Assembly: GCA_963777645.1 (NCBI GenBank)
Contig: CAVZRA010000006.1
Span: 180,335-244,334 of the forward strand
Length of the DNA: 64,000 bases
Direction of reading: 5' to 3'
Origin: an uncultured bacterium
GTDB lineage: Bacteria > Actinomycetota > Acidimicrobiia > Spongiisociales > UBA5794
Positions within the stretch are counted from its first letter, which is position 1. Every line of letters begins with the position of its first letter. The translations under genes were made by a program, and so were the position numbers. Below are positions 9,162-19,039 of this stretch, piece by piece. A model generated the notes under the pieces. It saw only the letters and a list, made by a program, of their open reading frames with translations, was not told where the DNA came from and searched no databases.

Positions 9162-10639
9162 TCCCAGGTCTCCAGGTTCTCCTTGATCCGCTTGAGGAAC
9201 AGCACCGCGGTCGAACCGTCGAACACACGATGATCCCAGGTGAGACCGAGATAGCCGATGTGTCGGATCGCGATGGCGTCGGTGCCGTCGGGCTGGGTGA
9301 TCACGGCGGGCCGTTTCGTAACCGTATCAGTCGAGAGAATCGCTACATTCGGGATGTTGATGATCGGCGCCGACATGAACGATCCGTACGGCCCGGGATT
9401 CGTGATGGTGAAAGTCGTGCCGGACAGATCGTCTAACTCGAGCTTGCCCGCCCGTGCCTTATCGGCAACGCCCCGGATGCCACGCGCCAGCCCGGTAAGC
9501 CCGAGACCGTCTGCGCCCGGCATGTTCATGACGACAAGGCCGCTCTCGTTGAGGTCGACGGCGATGCCAAGGTTCACCCCACTGTGGAAGGTCTGGGTGC
9601 CCTGCTCGAGGTCGAACGAGCTGTTGACAACCGGGTAGGCACCGAGAGCGTCAATGGTGGCTCTGGCGATGAAAGGCAGGAACGTGAGCGAGTATCCCTC
9701 ACGCGTCTTCCACTCGGCCTTATGCGTCTGGCGAACCTGTTCGACGCGGCTGTAATCCACCTCGACGGCCGTCCATACATGTGCTGCCGTGCGCTTGGCA
9801 TTGACCATGTTCTCAGCGATCACCTTGCGCAACCGCGGTATCGCCTCGGGCCGCGGACCAGCGGTGGCAGAGACAGGTTGCCTCTGTTCTGGCTGGGCGG
9901 GCACGGGAGCGACAGACGCTGCCGGGGCCGGGGCCGGGGCCGGAGCCGGAGCCGGAGCCGGGGCTTGGGACGGAGCGGGGGGAGTCGGGGCAGGTGCAGG
10001 CGCCGGAGCGACCGCCGGAGCGGGCTCGAAGGACACCTCTGCGGCCGGTGCCGCCGGGGGTGGCGGCGGCGAACCCGCTTTGCCCGCCTCTATGTAGCGG
10101 CTCACGTCCTTGCGGGTGATCCTGCCACCTTCACCGGTACCGGTCACCTGGTTGAGGTCGACATCGTTCTCCGCCGCCAGCTTGCGCACCACCGGCGACA
10201 GCACCGACCGCTTCGGCTCCTCATCGGACGCCTCCAACTCAGTCGATGTGCTGGGTGGAGCAGCAGGAGCTTCGGGCTCGGGCGCCGGCGGAGGCGACGC
10301 GGGGGCTGCCGGAGCCGACTGCTCCTGTTGCGACTCGACTGCCGGCTGCTCCTGGGGAGCGGGCGCAGCAGCGGGAACCGGTGTGGCCGCAACCTGCTCA
10401 CCCTCTTCTCCGATTACGGCCAGCGCCGTCCCGACGCCCACTGTCTCGCCTTCGGGCACGAGGATCTCCAGTATGACCCCGGCGACCGGTGACGGTACCT
10501 CGGTGTCCACCTTGTCGGTTGAGATCTCGAGCAGCACTTCGTCTGCAGCAATGGTGTCACCCGGCTGTTTGGCCCAACTGAGGATCGTGCCTTCGGTTAC
10601 GGTTTCACCCAGTTGGGGCATTTCGACAGTCGTCGCCAT
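9140..10639 (-). CDS. sucB: dihydrolipoamide acyltransferase E2 component of 2-oxoacid dehydrogenase complex
   Basis: 499 aa. Has a lipoyl domain (EISTDKVDTEVPSPVAGVI), a Pro/Ala-rich linker, an E3-binding domain and a catalytic domain with DHRVFDG. Confidence 0.85.
   Translation of the reverse strand: MATTVEMPQLGETVTEGTILSWAKQPGDTIAADEVLLEISTDKVDTEVPSPVAGVILEILVPEGETVGVGTALAVIGEEGEQVAATPVPAAAPAPQEQPAVESQQEQSAPAAPASPPPAPEPEAPAAPPSTSTELEASDEEPKRSVLSPVVRKLAAENDVDLNQVTGTGEGGRITRKDVSRYIEAGKAGSPPPPPAAPAAEVSFEPAPAVAPAPAPAPTPPAPSQAPAPAPAPAPAPAPAASVAPVPAQPEQRQPVSATAGPRPEAIPRLRKVIAENMVNAKRTAAHVWTAVEVDYSRVEQVRQTHKAEWKTREGYSLTFLPFIARATIDALGAYPVVNSSFDLEQGTQTFHSGVNLGIAVDLNESGLVVMNMPGADGLGLTGLARGIRGVADKARAGKLELDDLSGTTFTITNPGPYGSFMSAPIINIPNVAILSTDTVTKRPAVITQPDGTDAIAIRHIGYLGLTWDHRVFDGSTAVLFLKRIKENLETWDWEQELA
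9895..10030. repeat. GC-rich hexanucleotide microsatellite (GCCGGR)n encoding the PAPAPA linker of E2
   Basis: Runs of gccggggccggggccggagccggagccgg inside the sucB coding region. Confidence 0.6.
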
Positions 10640-10660
10640 TTCGAATCTCCTTGTACATCC

Positions 10661-12033
10661 TCAGTGCAGACTGCGACCCGCAGCCGACAACAGCGTCTCG
10701 CCGATCGCTTCTGACATCGTTGGGTGAGCATGGATGAAGGCGGCCGCTTCTGCCGGCAAGGCCTCCCAGGCGACCGCATACATCAACTCGTGGATCAACT
10801 CACCGGCCTCGGGGGCAACAACGGTTGCTCCCAGGATCGGACCGTCCTTCTCACTGACGATCTTGACCGTACCGCCGACTTCACCGTGGATGATCGCCCT
10901 TCCCAAACCACGCATTCCGTGGTCGTGCACCTCGACCTCGTATCCAGCCTCTCTCGCCTTGGCCTCGGTGAGACCCACCGTTGCCACCTCGGGATCGGTG
11001 TAGACGACCAGCGGAATCGCCCGGTAATCAACCGGTGCCGTTTCCCCGGTGGCAATGTGCGTGATCGCCGCAATGCCCTCGGCAAACCCGGCGTGAGCAA
11101 GCTGCGGGTGCCGGCGACGATGTCACCAACAGCGTAGATGCTCGGCTCCGCCGTCAGCATCGTGTTCAGATCGACCTTCACAAAGCCACGATCGAGTTCG
11201 ACCCTGGTGGTTTCCAATCCGATGTCCTCGGTGACCGGTGCCCTGCCGACGGCAACGAGCACCGTGTCAACCTCCACACGGTCATCACCAAAGGGGACAA
11301 CAACGTGGTCTTCGTGCACTTCGGCGGGTCCTACCCCGATACCGGTGCGAACCGTGATGCCCCGCTTCTTCATCTCTCTGGCGAGAATCTTGGCCGCCTC
11401 CGGTTCTGCACCGGGCACTACCTGATCGAGCATCTCGAAAAGATGGACCTCTGATCCGGTCGAGCCCAGGATGAGCGCAAACTCCGAGCCGATGGCACCT
11501 GCCCCGATGATCGCCACCCGCTGTGGCCGCTCCGGCCAATCAAGCGCCTCATTGCTGGAGACGATGCGATGCCCGTCGAACTCGTAGCCGGGGATCGCCC
11601 GTGCCCTCGACCCTGTGGCGAGAATCACGTTCCTGGCTTCGAGTCGCTGGGTCTGGCCGTCTTCCATCGTCACCTGTACCGCACCGTCGGCGAGGCGTCC
11701 GTAACCGTTGATGACGTCGACATTGCGGGCCTTGAGCAGACCACCGAGCCCACGCACAAGACCATCGACGATGTTGTTCTTACGCTCGAGGGCGGCGCCC
11801 CAGTCGAGGCTAGGCTCCCCGACGTTCACCCCGAATTCCGCGGCTCTCTTGATGTGTGCAAAAACCTCGGCCGTCTTCAGCCACGATTTGGCCGGGATAC
11901 AGCCACGGAGCAGGCAGGTGCCACCAACCCTCTCCTTTTCCACAAGCGCAACGTTGAGACCGAAGTTGTGAGCGTAGAGCGCGGCCGCGTATCCACCAGG
12001 CCCGCCACCGATTATTACGACGTCGTACACCAT
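10661..12033 (-). pseudogene. lpdA: dihydrolipoyl dehydrogenase (E3) interrupted by a single -1 frameshift near 11106-11109 (possibly a sequencing error)
   Basis: ORF 10795-12033 encodes the FAD/NAD domains (MVYDVVIIGGGPGGY...GCIPAK) and then runs into nonsense after DIVAG. ORF 10661-10987 encodes the C-terminal dimerisation domain. The frames are rejoined by adding one C in the run ACCC(C)GCAG. Confidence 0.8.
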
Positions 12034-12098
12034 GCCTCCGCAGAGAATTTGGGTCGGTATTCGAGCCTAGCGTTTCGCGATATGGTCGGGTGCGGGGT

Positions 12099-13404
12099 TC
12101 AATCGGGGTACCGACGCAGCAGATCGAAGACGATTTCGGCCCCCGTTTCGATTGCAGAGACCGGGACACGCTCGTTGGCGGCGTGGGTGAGCTCCTGGAA
12201 CTCGAAGTCATCGGGGACCAGCAGAGGCGTGAACCCGTACGGCTGGATGCCGAGTTGGGCAAACCACCTGCCGTCGGTTACGGCGGGCATCAAGAAGGGC
12301 ACGGGCACCAGTTCGTGATCGTGGGCCGTCATCACCCGCGACAGCAACGGGAATAGCCCTAAGTTCGGACGGTCAGGCCCCGGCTCGACGTCGACGGTGT
12401 ATGCGATCTCGACGTCGTTGCCGACGATGCTGCGCAGCTCCGAAACCATCTGCCCGGGTCAGCTCGACGGGACCATCCGGCCGTCCAGGGTCACGCTGAT
12501 CTTGCCGGGGATGACGTTGTGCTTGTCGCCACCGCGGACGACGGTCGGGCTCACGGTGTTGCGAAAGACCGGCTCGAGGACACCGAGCTGGCCGGGCATG
12601 AGCCGGAAGGCCGCTGCAGCACTGCGCTCGTCCAGCAGCATCTTCATAACCCGCTGGGTCACGCCCGATGTGTGCGCGATCATTCCCTCCACCATGAGCC
12701 GGGTGGCCGGGGCGATGTGGACCGGCATTCGCTTCCGGTCGAGTGCGGTCAGGAGCTTGCCGAGCTTCGCCATGGCGGCACCGCGGCGAGGCATCGACCC
12801 GTGGCCACCCTCGGCCGTGATGGTCAGATCGAACCGGATGCTGAGCCGCTCCGCCACCTGGATGGGACAGAACATGGTCTCGCCCATGCGCAACGAGAAG
12901 CCACCGAATTCACCGATGCAGTACTTGACCCCCGTGAACACGTCGGGATGCTCTTCGACCAGAAAGCGCGCACCGTAGAGACCGCTTGCTTCCTCATCCG
13001 AGACAACTGCGAGGATGATGTCCCCTGCGGGCTTCATGCCCGACGCAGCGAGGCGGACGAAGGCGTGCAGCATCATGACGACCGCCCCCTTCATGTCGAG
13101 AGCTCCCCTCCCCCACATGTAGCCGTCGACGATCTCGCCACCGAATGGATCCCATTGTTGATCGACCGTTGGGACGACATCGACATGCCCCTGCATCAGA
13201 AATGGAGGCGCCTCCCCCCGGCCGGTGATGCGGGCAATCAGGTTCGGGCGCGCCGGACGCGCGGAACGGGACGATGGGCTCGATACCGGCTTCCTCCAAC
13301 AACCGGCGAACCATCTCGATGGCGGTGGCCTCGTTTCCGGGAGGATTGGTCGTATCAATGCGAATCAGATCACCGAGGACCGTCACAGGGTCAAACACTC
13401 TCAT
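12099..13404 (-). pseudogene. M20 family metallopeptidase (ArgE/DapE/dipeptidase-like) split into three frames
   Basis: N-terminal fragment 12994-13404 (MRVFDPVTVLGDLIRIDTTNPPGNE), middle 12459-13358 (PNLIARITG...GHVDVVP) and C-terminal 12099-12449. Frameshifts lie near 13250 and 12455. Confidence 0.7.
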
Positions 13405-13870
13405 CTCCAGTCAGGACAACCGTGTCCTTTTGCTCCCATACAGGCGCGAACCTCCGGGTGACCCAAAACAGCAGCGGAATCAGGGCGACGCTGGCCACCC
13501 GAAGAAACGGAACAGCGAGGGGAACCCGACGTTGTCGGAAAGGGCAGTTGCCACCCCATCGCCGCCGCCGATCCCGATGTTCGACATGGTCTGCAGAATG
13601 GCGAACATCGACCCTGCGATCCGGGTGTCGGTCACATCCATCGACAGCGTCACGTAAGTCGTCCATTGCAGGCCAACGGCGACCCCCCAGAAGACCGCCA
13701 CAGAGACGATTGCGGTCTCGGTGTCGAGAGTGCTGGACACCAGACCGCCGAGCGCTACCGCGAGGAGCGTCACCCCGGTGAGCATGTAGCGGCGGGCGTT
13801 CTGGAGGCCGAGGCGGGCGACCCAGGTCCACGGTGCCTCGGGGATCCCCAGACCCTGGACGGCGGGTAGC
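13391..13870 (-). pseudogene. 3' fragment of an MFS-type transporter (last 4-5 TM helices only)
   Basis: Frames 13480-14232 and 13391-13831 encode ...RRYMLTGVTLLAVALGG...SMFAILQTMSNIGIGGG...IPLLFWVTRRF. The 5' two-thirds of the gene are missing. Confidence 0.4.
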
Positions 13871-14200
13871 CGAACCGGGCCGATTCGGCGGCGACGATCA
13901 GGTGGGCGTTGAACACGATGTTGGTGCCGCCGGCGATGCACCAACCCTGGACTGCAGCGATGGTCGGCTTGGAACAATCGTGCAGCTTCGCCCACGCCGG
14001 CGGCGAACGAACCGATCATGTGCTGGTCGCGGACCGAGTCCCAGACCGTCGTGCCGTGCTCTCGTCGGCTTGCGCTTCCGTCGACCAGTCGAGTCCGTAC
14101 CCGGCGCAGAACGCCGGCCCTTCGGCGTCGAGGAGGATCACGCGTACGTCGGCGTCGGACTCTGCATCGTCGATCGCTGCGGAGGGCCCGGACCCGCCGG
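13870..14200 (-). pseudogene. internal fragment of an enoyl-CoA hydratase/crotonase-family gene
   Basis: Reverse frame gives ...IGSFAAG...KPTIAAVQGWCIAGGTNIVFNAHLIVAAESARFGYPP, the crotonase oxyanion-hole region. It is fused directly to the MFS fragment and lacks both ends. Confidence 0.4.
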
Positions 14201-14400
14201 TTCGTCCTCGCCCTGGACGGCGGCTGTGTCATCGACGGCTGTGCAAGCCGTCATCGGCTTCAACCCCATCACATCATCCCCCGGGCCATGGGGGGCGACC
14301 ACCATCCGGACAACCTCGCCACCACTGTGTCGGTTTCATCATCACGTCGTGATCCACAAACACGGGGACGAACTCGACCCGTCCTCGCCACCTCTCCGAC
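14195..14400 (+). pseudogene. remnant of DUF222-type HNH endonuclease (C-terminal HNH motif only, frameshifted)
   Basis: Frame 14018 has DGGCVIDGCASRHRLQPHHIIPRAMGGDHHPDNLATT. Frame 13833 has LCRFHHHVVIHKHG. Together they give the C-x2-C ... HH ... N ... HH HNH motif. There is no N-terminal DUF222 region. Confidence 0.4.
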
Positions 14401-14627
14401 GCCGCCGGTTCCGCAAACCCGGACACGGAACCGACCCACCCGAAACCTGACCCACCCAGCAAGCCGTTTCCGAACCCACCCCGGCCCAGCCGGGGCAGAT
14501 CCGCGACCAAGGCCTTCGGCGAGGCGGGATTCGCCGTGTGTCGCCTTCGTAGGGGCGGCAATACGGCCGCCCCTATACCAAACCCCGGTCAACCCGTACG
14601 CCACGGCGGTCGAAACCGCCGCACCCA

Positions 14628-15386
14628 TCACGGGACGAGCAACAGCGCCAGCACGGCGATGGCTACGTCCGCACCCATGTGGGCGATGACGGGAAACCGA
14701 AGCCCGCCGGATCTGTGCCGGAGTACTCCCAGCAGCAGCCCGTACCCGGTAGCGAGCAGGACCCCGACGGCCCCCGCCGGGAATCCCGCCACGTGGAGTG
14801 ATCCGAACGCGGCTGCCTGTAACACGATTGTCGCCGACGGGCGGAACACCGATCCCACCGCCTCGAACACGATGTTTCGATAGGCCACTTCTTCGGTGAT
14901 GGCGTTCATCACGACGAAGACGGCGACGAGAAGTCCGATCGTCGGTGGGTTGAGCTCTCTCATCGTCGCCACAGTTTCGAGCGTGGACGCTCCGAACTCG
15001 TTGGTCGTCGTCGCCCACACGGTCAGGCCGACCCCGGCGAGAGCGATGATCACCACCGTGAGGAGAACCGAACCCGATGACGCCCGCCCCGGCTCGATCC
15101 AGCCTCGCTCAGGGGCGAGAATCTCGAAGCGCCGGGACAGCAGCCACATCATCCCCACCACGATCCAGATCGCAAATGGGAGTCCGGAGAGGCCGACAAC
15201 TGCCAGAAGAACGGTGAGCGTCGATATTCGGACGATGTGCCTGTCGCCCGACCGCCTGGCCCACAGCCCGAGCGCCAGGGCGAGTAGCGTCCCGATCACC
15301 CCCAGCTCGAGGACGACCTGTCCGAGCGGCACCAGAAGGAGCGCCGCAATCGAAAGCAGGATCGCAACTCGGGGTGAGGGGGCCAT
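14628..15386 (-). CDS. CPBP family intramembrane glutamic endopeptidase (CAAX protease/Abi-like)
   Basis: Has the EEVAYRN motif, FGSLH and a second HMGAD motif, and about 6 TM helices. Start chosen at internal Met just downstream of the HAD gene stop. Confidence 0.75.
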   Translation of the reverse strand: MAPSPRVAILLSIAALLLVPLGQVVLELGVIGTLLALALGLWARRSGDRHIVRISTLTVLLAVVGLSGLPFAIWIVVGMMWLLSRRFEILAPERGWIEPGRASSGSVLLTVVIIALAGVGLTVWATTTNEFGASTLETVATMRELNPPTIGLLVAVFVVMNAITEEVAYRNIVFEAVGSVFRPSATIVLQAAAFGSLHVAGFPAGAVGVLLATGYGLLLGVLRHRSGGLRFPVIAHMGADVAIAVLALLLVP

Positions 15387-15393
15387 GCTCGGC

Positions 15394-16041
15394 TCAGCCG
15401 ATCCCTGAGAGCTGAGCAGGTTGGTCCACGATGACGTCGGCACCGGCGTCCTCGAGTTCGGAGCTGTCGCCGAATCCCCAGGTCACTCCGACCGTCCTCG
15501 TTCCGTGAAACTGGCCTGCCTCGATGTCGTGGCGTCTGTCGCCGATCATCGTGACGTCATGGGTACGAGCGTCCGCCGCGATGCGTGCGAGTGCGCGCCC
15601 GAGCGTCACGGTCTTCTCTTCGAGTTCTGTGTCACCAGGCCCTTCGACGATCTCGAAACGCGACTCCAGGCCAAGTGCTTCCACGATCGGCCGGGCGAAC
15701 ACTCGAGGTTTCGAGGTGACGACCGAGAGCCGGTGGTCTCCTTCCAACTCGTCGAGGAGTTCGACGATTCCCGGATAGGTAGCAGCGAGCTCGAGTGAGA
15801 TGTGCCGATAAACCAGCCGATAGGCATCGATGAGCGAATCGACCGGTGCGGGATCCTCGTCCCGCTCGATGAGCAGCGATCGAAGCGCGGGCGCCAGCGG
15901 CGGACCCACGAATCGCCGGAGGTCGTCTGCCGCAAGGGGATCGAGGCCCTCGTCGGCGAGTGCATGGTTGAGTGACCGAAGGATCGGTTCGGTGGAGTCG
16001 ACGAGCGTCCCGTCGAGGTCGAAGATGTAGATGGGTGTCAA
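15394..16041 (-). CDS. HAD-IA family hydrolase (phosphoglycolate phosphatase-like)
   Basis: 215 aa with N-terminal YIFDLDGTLVDS (DxDGT motif I) and a later MIGDRRHD motif IV. Confidence 0.75.
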   Translation of the reverse strand: MTPIYIFDLDGTLVDSTEPILRSLNHALADEGLDPLAADDLRRFVGPPLAPALRSLLIERDEDPAPVDSLIDAYRLVYRHISLELAATYPGIVELLDELEGDHRLSVVTSKPRVFARPIVEALGLESRFEIVEGPGDTELEEKTVTLGRALARIAADARTHDVTMIGDRRHDIEAGQFHGTRTVGVTWGFGDSSELEDAGADVIVDQPAQLSGIG

Positions 16042-16050
16042 GGGAAAGCC

Positions 16051-16680
16051 CTATCCGTTCGCACGGCCCAGCAGTTCGACGATTTCGGAGGTGGGCCGAA
16101 CATCTCCGAAGGAGCGATAGATGGTCTGAAGGGTCGCGTTGAGTTCCGCATCGGTCCCGGCGGCGTTGCCATCGGCCACCATGACCACCCGGTATCCGAG
16201 CGTGGCCGCCTCTCGAGCGGTCGACTCGCAGCAGACGTTCGCAACTGTGCCGGTGATCAGAATCGTGTCGATCCCGCCATTCGTGAGGATGGTGTCGAGT
16301 TCGCTGCTGCCGGGGAAGAAGGCTCCCGGATGCCGCTTCTCGACGACGAGATCCGACGATGCCACCTGGTGGTGAACCGTGATTCGATCGCGGGGTGGGT
16401 GCGTGCCGGTCGAGGCCGAGTAGCGGGAGGCGATGGACGGGTCGAAAAAGCCGATGTCGTGTTCGGTTGGCTCTTCGGACACCGGGACGACCCAGGCCAC
16501 CGGGCCACCGGTGGTCCGCAGCGTTGCCGCCAATGACTCGATGTTCGTGATCACGCCCAGGGCATATGGGTTTTCGTCGACGAAGAACGGAATCATGTCG
16601 ATGACCACGAGCGCTGTGCGCTGCGGGTCGAGCGATTCGTAGGCATGGACGCGGCCGCGCCGCGATCGATGTCGCTCGTA
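16051..16680 (-). CDS. isochorismatase-family cysteine hydrolase
   Basis: C-terminal 200 aa of the long 16051-18411 ORF: RTALVVIDMIPFF...ITGTVANVCCESTAREAATLGYRVVMVADG. The start codon is not resolved (no in-frame ATG; possible GTG). Confidence 0.65.
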   Translation of the reverse strand, partial: YERHRSRRGRVHAYESLDPQRTALVVIDMIPFFVDENPYALGVITNIESLAATLRTTGGPVAWVVPVSEEPTEHDIGFFDPSIASRYSASTGTHPPRDRITVHHQVASSDLVVEKRHPGAFFPGSSELDTILTNGGIDTILITGTVANVCCESTAREAATLGYRVVMVADGNAAGTDAELNATLQTIYRSFGDVRPTSEIVELLGRANG

Positions 16681-16788
16681 TTGCCGCTGTTCGATGTGCC
16701 AGTTGTGGAGTCTGGCTTCGGTTGGAGCTCTTGGAATGAGACAGCACGCCTGATCAGTGGCACCGACGGTACTGGTCGCCGCGGTAGT

Positions 16789-17952
16789 TTGGAACCGGTG
16801 AAAGAACGACTGCACGCCTTCGTCGATCGATACACACCTGGTGTCTTCGCAGGCCTGTCGTTGGTGGTCGGAGTCCTGGCAGGTCTCGGCGGGGCCTTGA
16901 TGATCGAGGCGATCGGATGGGTCAGCTCGGCCGCTTTGTGGGTTCAGGATGCGTTTGCCGGCGAGCGATTCCTTCCGCTCATCACGGTGCCCTTGGGGTT
17001 GTTCGTGGCATGGGCGTTGTCCCAACGGCTCCCCGAGCTCCGCGGGAGTGGCGTGCCCGTCACCACCGCTGGTCTTGCGGTTCGATCTGGATACATCCCC
17101 ACCAGGGCAAGCTACCTCAAGATCCTCGCAACTGCAGTCACGCTCGGCATGGGCGGTTCTGCCGGCCGAGAGGGACCGACCGTGCTGGTGGGGGCGTCGA
17201 TCGGTTCGTCGATCGGGCGCTACTCGGGTCTCGGCGAGGACCAGGTGCGGAGTCTGGTCGCAGCGGGCGCCGGCGCCGGGATCGGAGCGACGTTCAACGC
17301 TCCGATCGCCGGGATGTTGTTCTCGATGGAGGTCATCCTCGGCAACTTCGCCATCCGGCATCTCAATGCGGTGGTCATCGCCTCGGTGTCGGCAGCGGTG
17401 ACCACGAGGACCATCGTCGGCGAAGACCGTATTCTGAGTGTGCCATCGCATGGGTTGGGACACCCGTCCGAGATCGGGCTGTATGCGGTTCTGGGACTGC
17501 TCGCAGCCGGCGTGGGCTATCTGTTCCTGAAAGCGTTCGACTCGGTTCACACCGAGATCGCCCTCTTCGAACGGAGACCCTGGCTCCGTCCCCTGGTCCT
17601 CGGTGTGCCGGTGGCCGTCATCGTCACGCTCGAGCCGCGGGTCCTCGGTACCGGACAGGGTTTCATACAATCGATCGTGGGCGGGGGAGCGCTCGACATC
17701 GCGTGGTGGGTCTTCTTCGTGCTGATCGGATTGAAGATCCTCGCCACGGCCGGGACACTCGGATCCCACGCCTCGGGGGGTCACTTCATGCCCGCTTTGT
17801 TCATCGGGTCGACGCTGGGCGCGGGTTTCGGCGACTTCGTTCGACAGTTCTGGGGCTTCTCGGACCTCGACACGGGTGCGTTCGCCGTGGTCGGGATGGC
17901 TGCCGTGTTCGCGGCGGTGGCCCGGGCACCGTTGACGTCGATCCTCATCGTA
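16789..17952 (+). pseudogene. ClC family chloride channel / H+-Cl- antiporter, 3'-truncated
   Basis: GSGVP, GREGP and GxFxP-type motifs (GATFNAPIAGMLFSMEV). After ...APLTSILIV the sequence loses homology at about 17950. The last helix and C-terminus are absent from all frames. Confidence 0.6.
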
Positions 17953-18231
17953 CTTGTCAGAGATGAGGCCGAACAGCCACTTGACCACGAACGGCAGCAA
18001 CGCCAGCGAGGCCACGATCCCTATGCGATCCGGGTCGATGCCAGCCGCATCCATGTGCCGTTTGAAGAAATTGAGCTGATATGCCTGGATGACGCCCTGG
18101 ACGAAATAGAGCGCCCCGAACATGGTGAACAGCTGTCTGCGATCGAGGTTTACGTCCAATCCAGCCTCCCTTCCCGGCCCCAGCTTAGGAGCGGCGATCT
18201 CATCGCTCTCAGCCGGTAACCTCGCGATCAT
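17950..18231 (-). pseudogene. 5' fragment (about 93 codons) of an MFS/BT1-AmpG-like transporter
   Basis: MIARLPAESDEIAAPKLGPGREAGLDVNLDRRQLFTMFGALYFVQGVIQAYQLNFFKRHMDAAGIDPDRIGIVASLALLPFVVKWLFGLISDKY. It then continues as the antisense of the ClC gene. Confidence 0.4.
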
Positions 18232-18315
18232 GCAGACCCGGTATCTACTCGTCGCATCCCTGATCACGGGATTGGTGATCCTCGCCGCCGCCGCAATCTG
18301 GATGGCTACCCGGTT

Positions 18316-18966
18316 ATGACGACGATCCGCGTCTCGTCCTCGGTCGATCTGGAAGGACGTTGGGATGTACCCAGTGAGCCTTCCCGCGGGGTCGTTCTGT
18401 GCCATCCGCACCCGTTACACCGGGGCACGATGCGGGTACCGCTGCTCGAGGAGATCACAAAACACCTGGTGGAGCGTGGCGTAGCGGTGCTGCGGTTCAA
18501 TTTCCGCGGCGTCGGTCGATCGACCGGGGCTCACGACGATGGCATCGGCGAGATCGACGACGTTGCCGCCGCCGTCGCCTTCGCCCAGAAGGAGCACCCC
18601 GACCTCGAGTATGGGGTCGCCGGGTGGTCTTTCGGTGCCGGCGTTGCGCTGCGCTGGCACGCCAGAGACCGTGCCGAGCTCAACTACGTCGGGATTGCCC
18701 CCGGCATCGGGCCAGGATCGAGCCAGCGTCTCCCCGAGCCCGAATCACTGCAACCGGCACCGCGTACGTTCATAATCGGGGACCACGACCAGCTCGTGCC
18801 ACCCGACCTGGTGATCGACTACGCCAACAGGGCGGGCGCCATCATCCACGTGCTCAAGGGCAGCGACCATTTCTTCTACTTCAGGGAGCGGAAGGTTGCG
18901 TGTCTGGTTGAAGCCGGTTTGGGTATGCCCGTGTCCCGGGAGGAGATCGAGGCCGCTTGCGGTTGA
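18316..18966 (+). CDS. alpha/beta hydrolase fold protein
   Basis: 216 aa. Has the nucleophile elbow GWSFGAG and dienelactone-hydrolase-like topology. Confidence 0.7.
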   Translation: MTTIRVSSSVDLEGRWDVPSEPSRGVVLCHPHPLHRGTMRVPLLEEITKHLVERGVAVLRFNFRGVGRSTGAHDDGIGEIDDVAAAVAFAQKEHPDLEYGVAGWSFGAGVALRWHARDRAELNYVGIAPGIGPGSSQRLPEPESLQPAPRTFIIGDHDQLVPPDLVIDYANRAGAIIHVLKGSDHFFYFRERKVACLVEAGLGMPVSREEIEAACG

Positions 18967-19039
18967 GATCGCGTCGGGGCCAGGTGCTCGCACCATGTCG
19001 ACAAACGAGCGGCGTGTTTCGCCCGCATGAACGCGGGTC

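Noticed and set aside
9895-10030. Periodic GCCGGR repeats that superficially resemble a repeat array
   Set aside because: They encode the Pro/Ala linker of the E2 protein. They are not CRISPR or an intergenic repeat.
9584-10492. Arg-rich 302-aa plus ORF and other long Arg/Pro-rich ORFs (14269-15018, 15632-16747, 30121-31266 first half, 50138-51028 first half)
   Set aside because: Low-complexity translations of GC-rich antisense or upstream sequence with no domain signal.
14195-14400. HNH endonuclease as an active mobile element or homing nuclease
   Set aside because: Only the C-terminal HNH motif remains, frameshifted, with no N-terminal domain or start codon.
18236-18256. Imperfect palindrome atccctgatcacgggat between the MFS fragment start and the hydrolase gene
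   Set aside because: Only 5-bp arms. Insufficient to call a site.
16051-18411. 786-aa minus-strand ORF
   Set aside because: Composite. Only its last 200 aa (isochorismatase hydrolase) and first 93 aa (MFS fragment) are real. The middle is antisense of the ClC gene.
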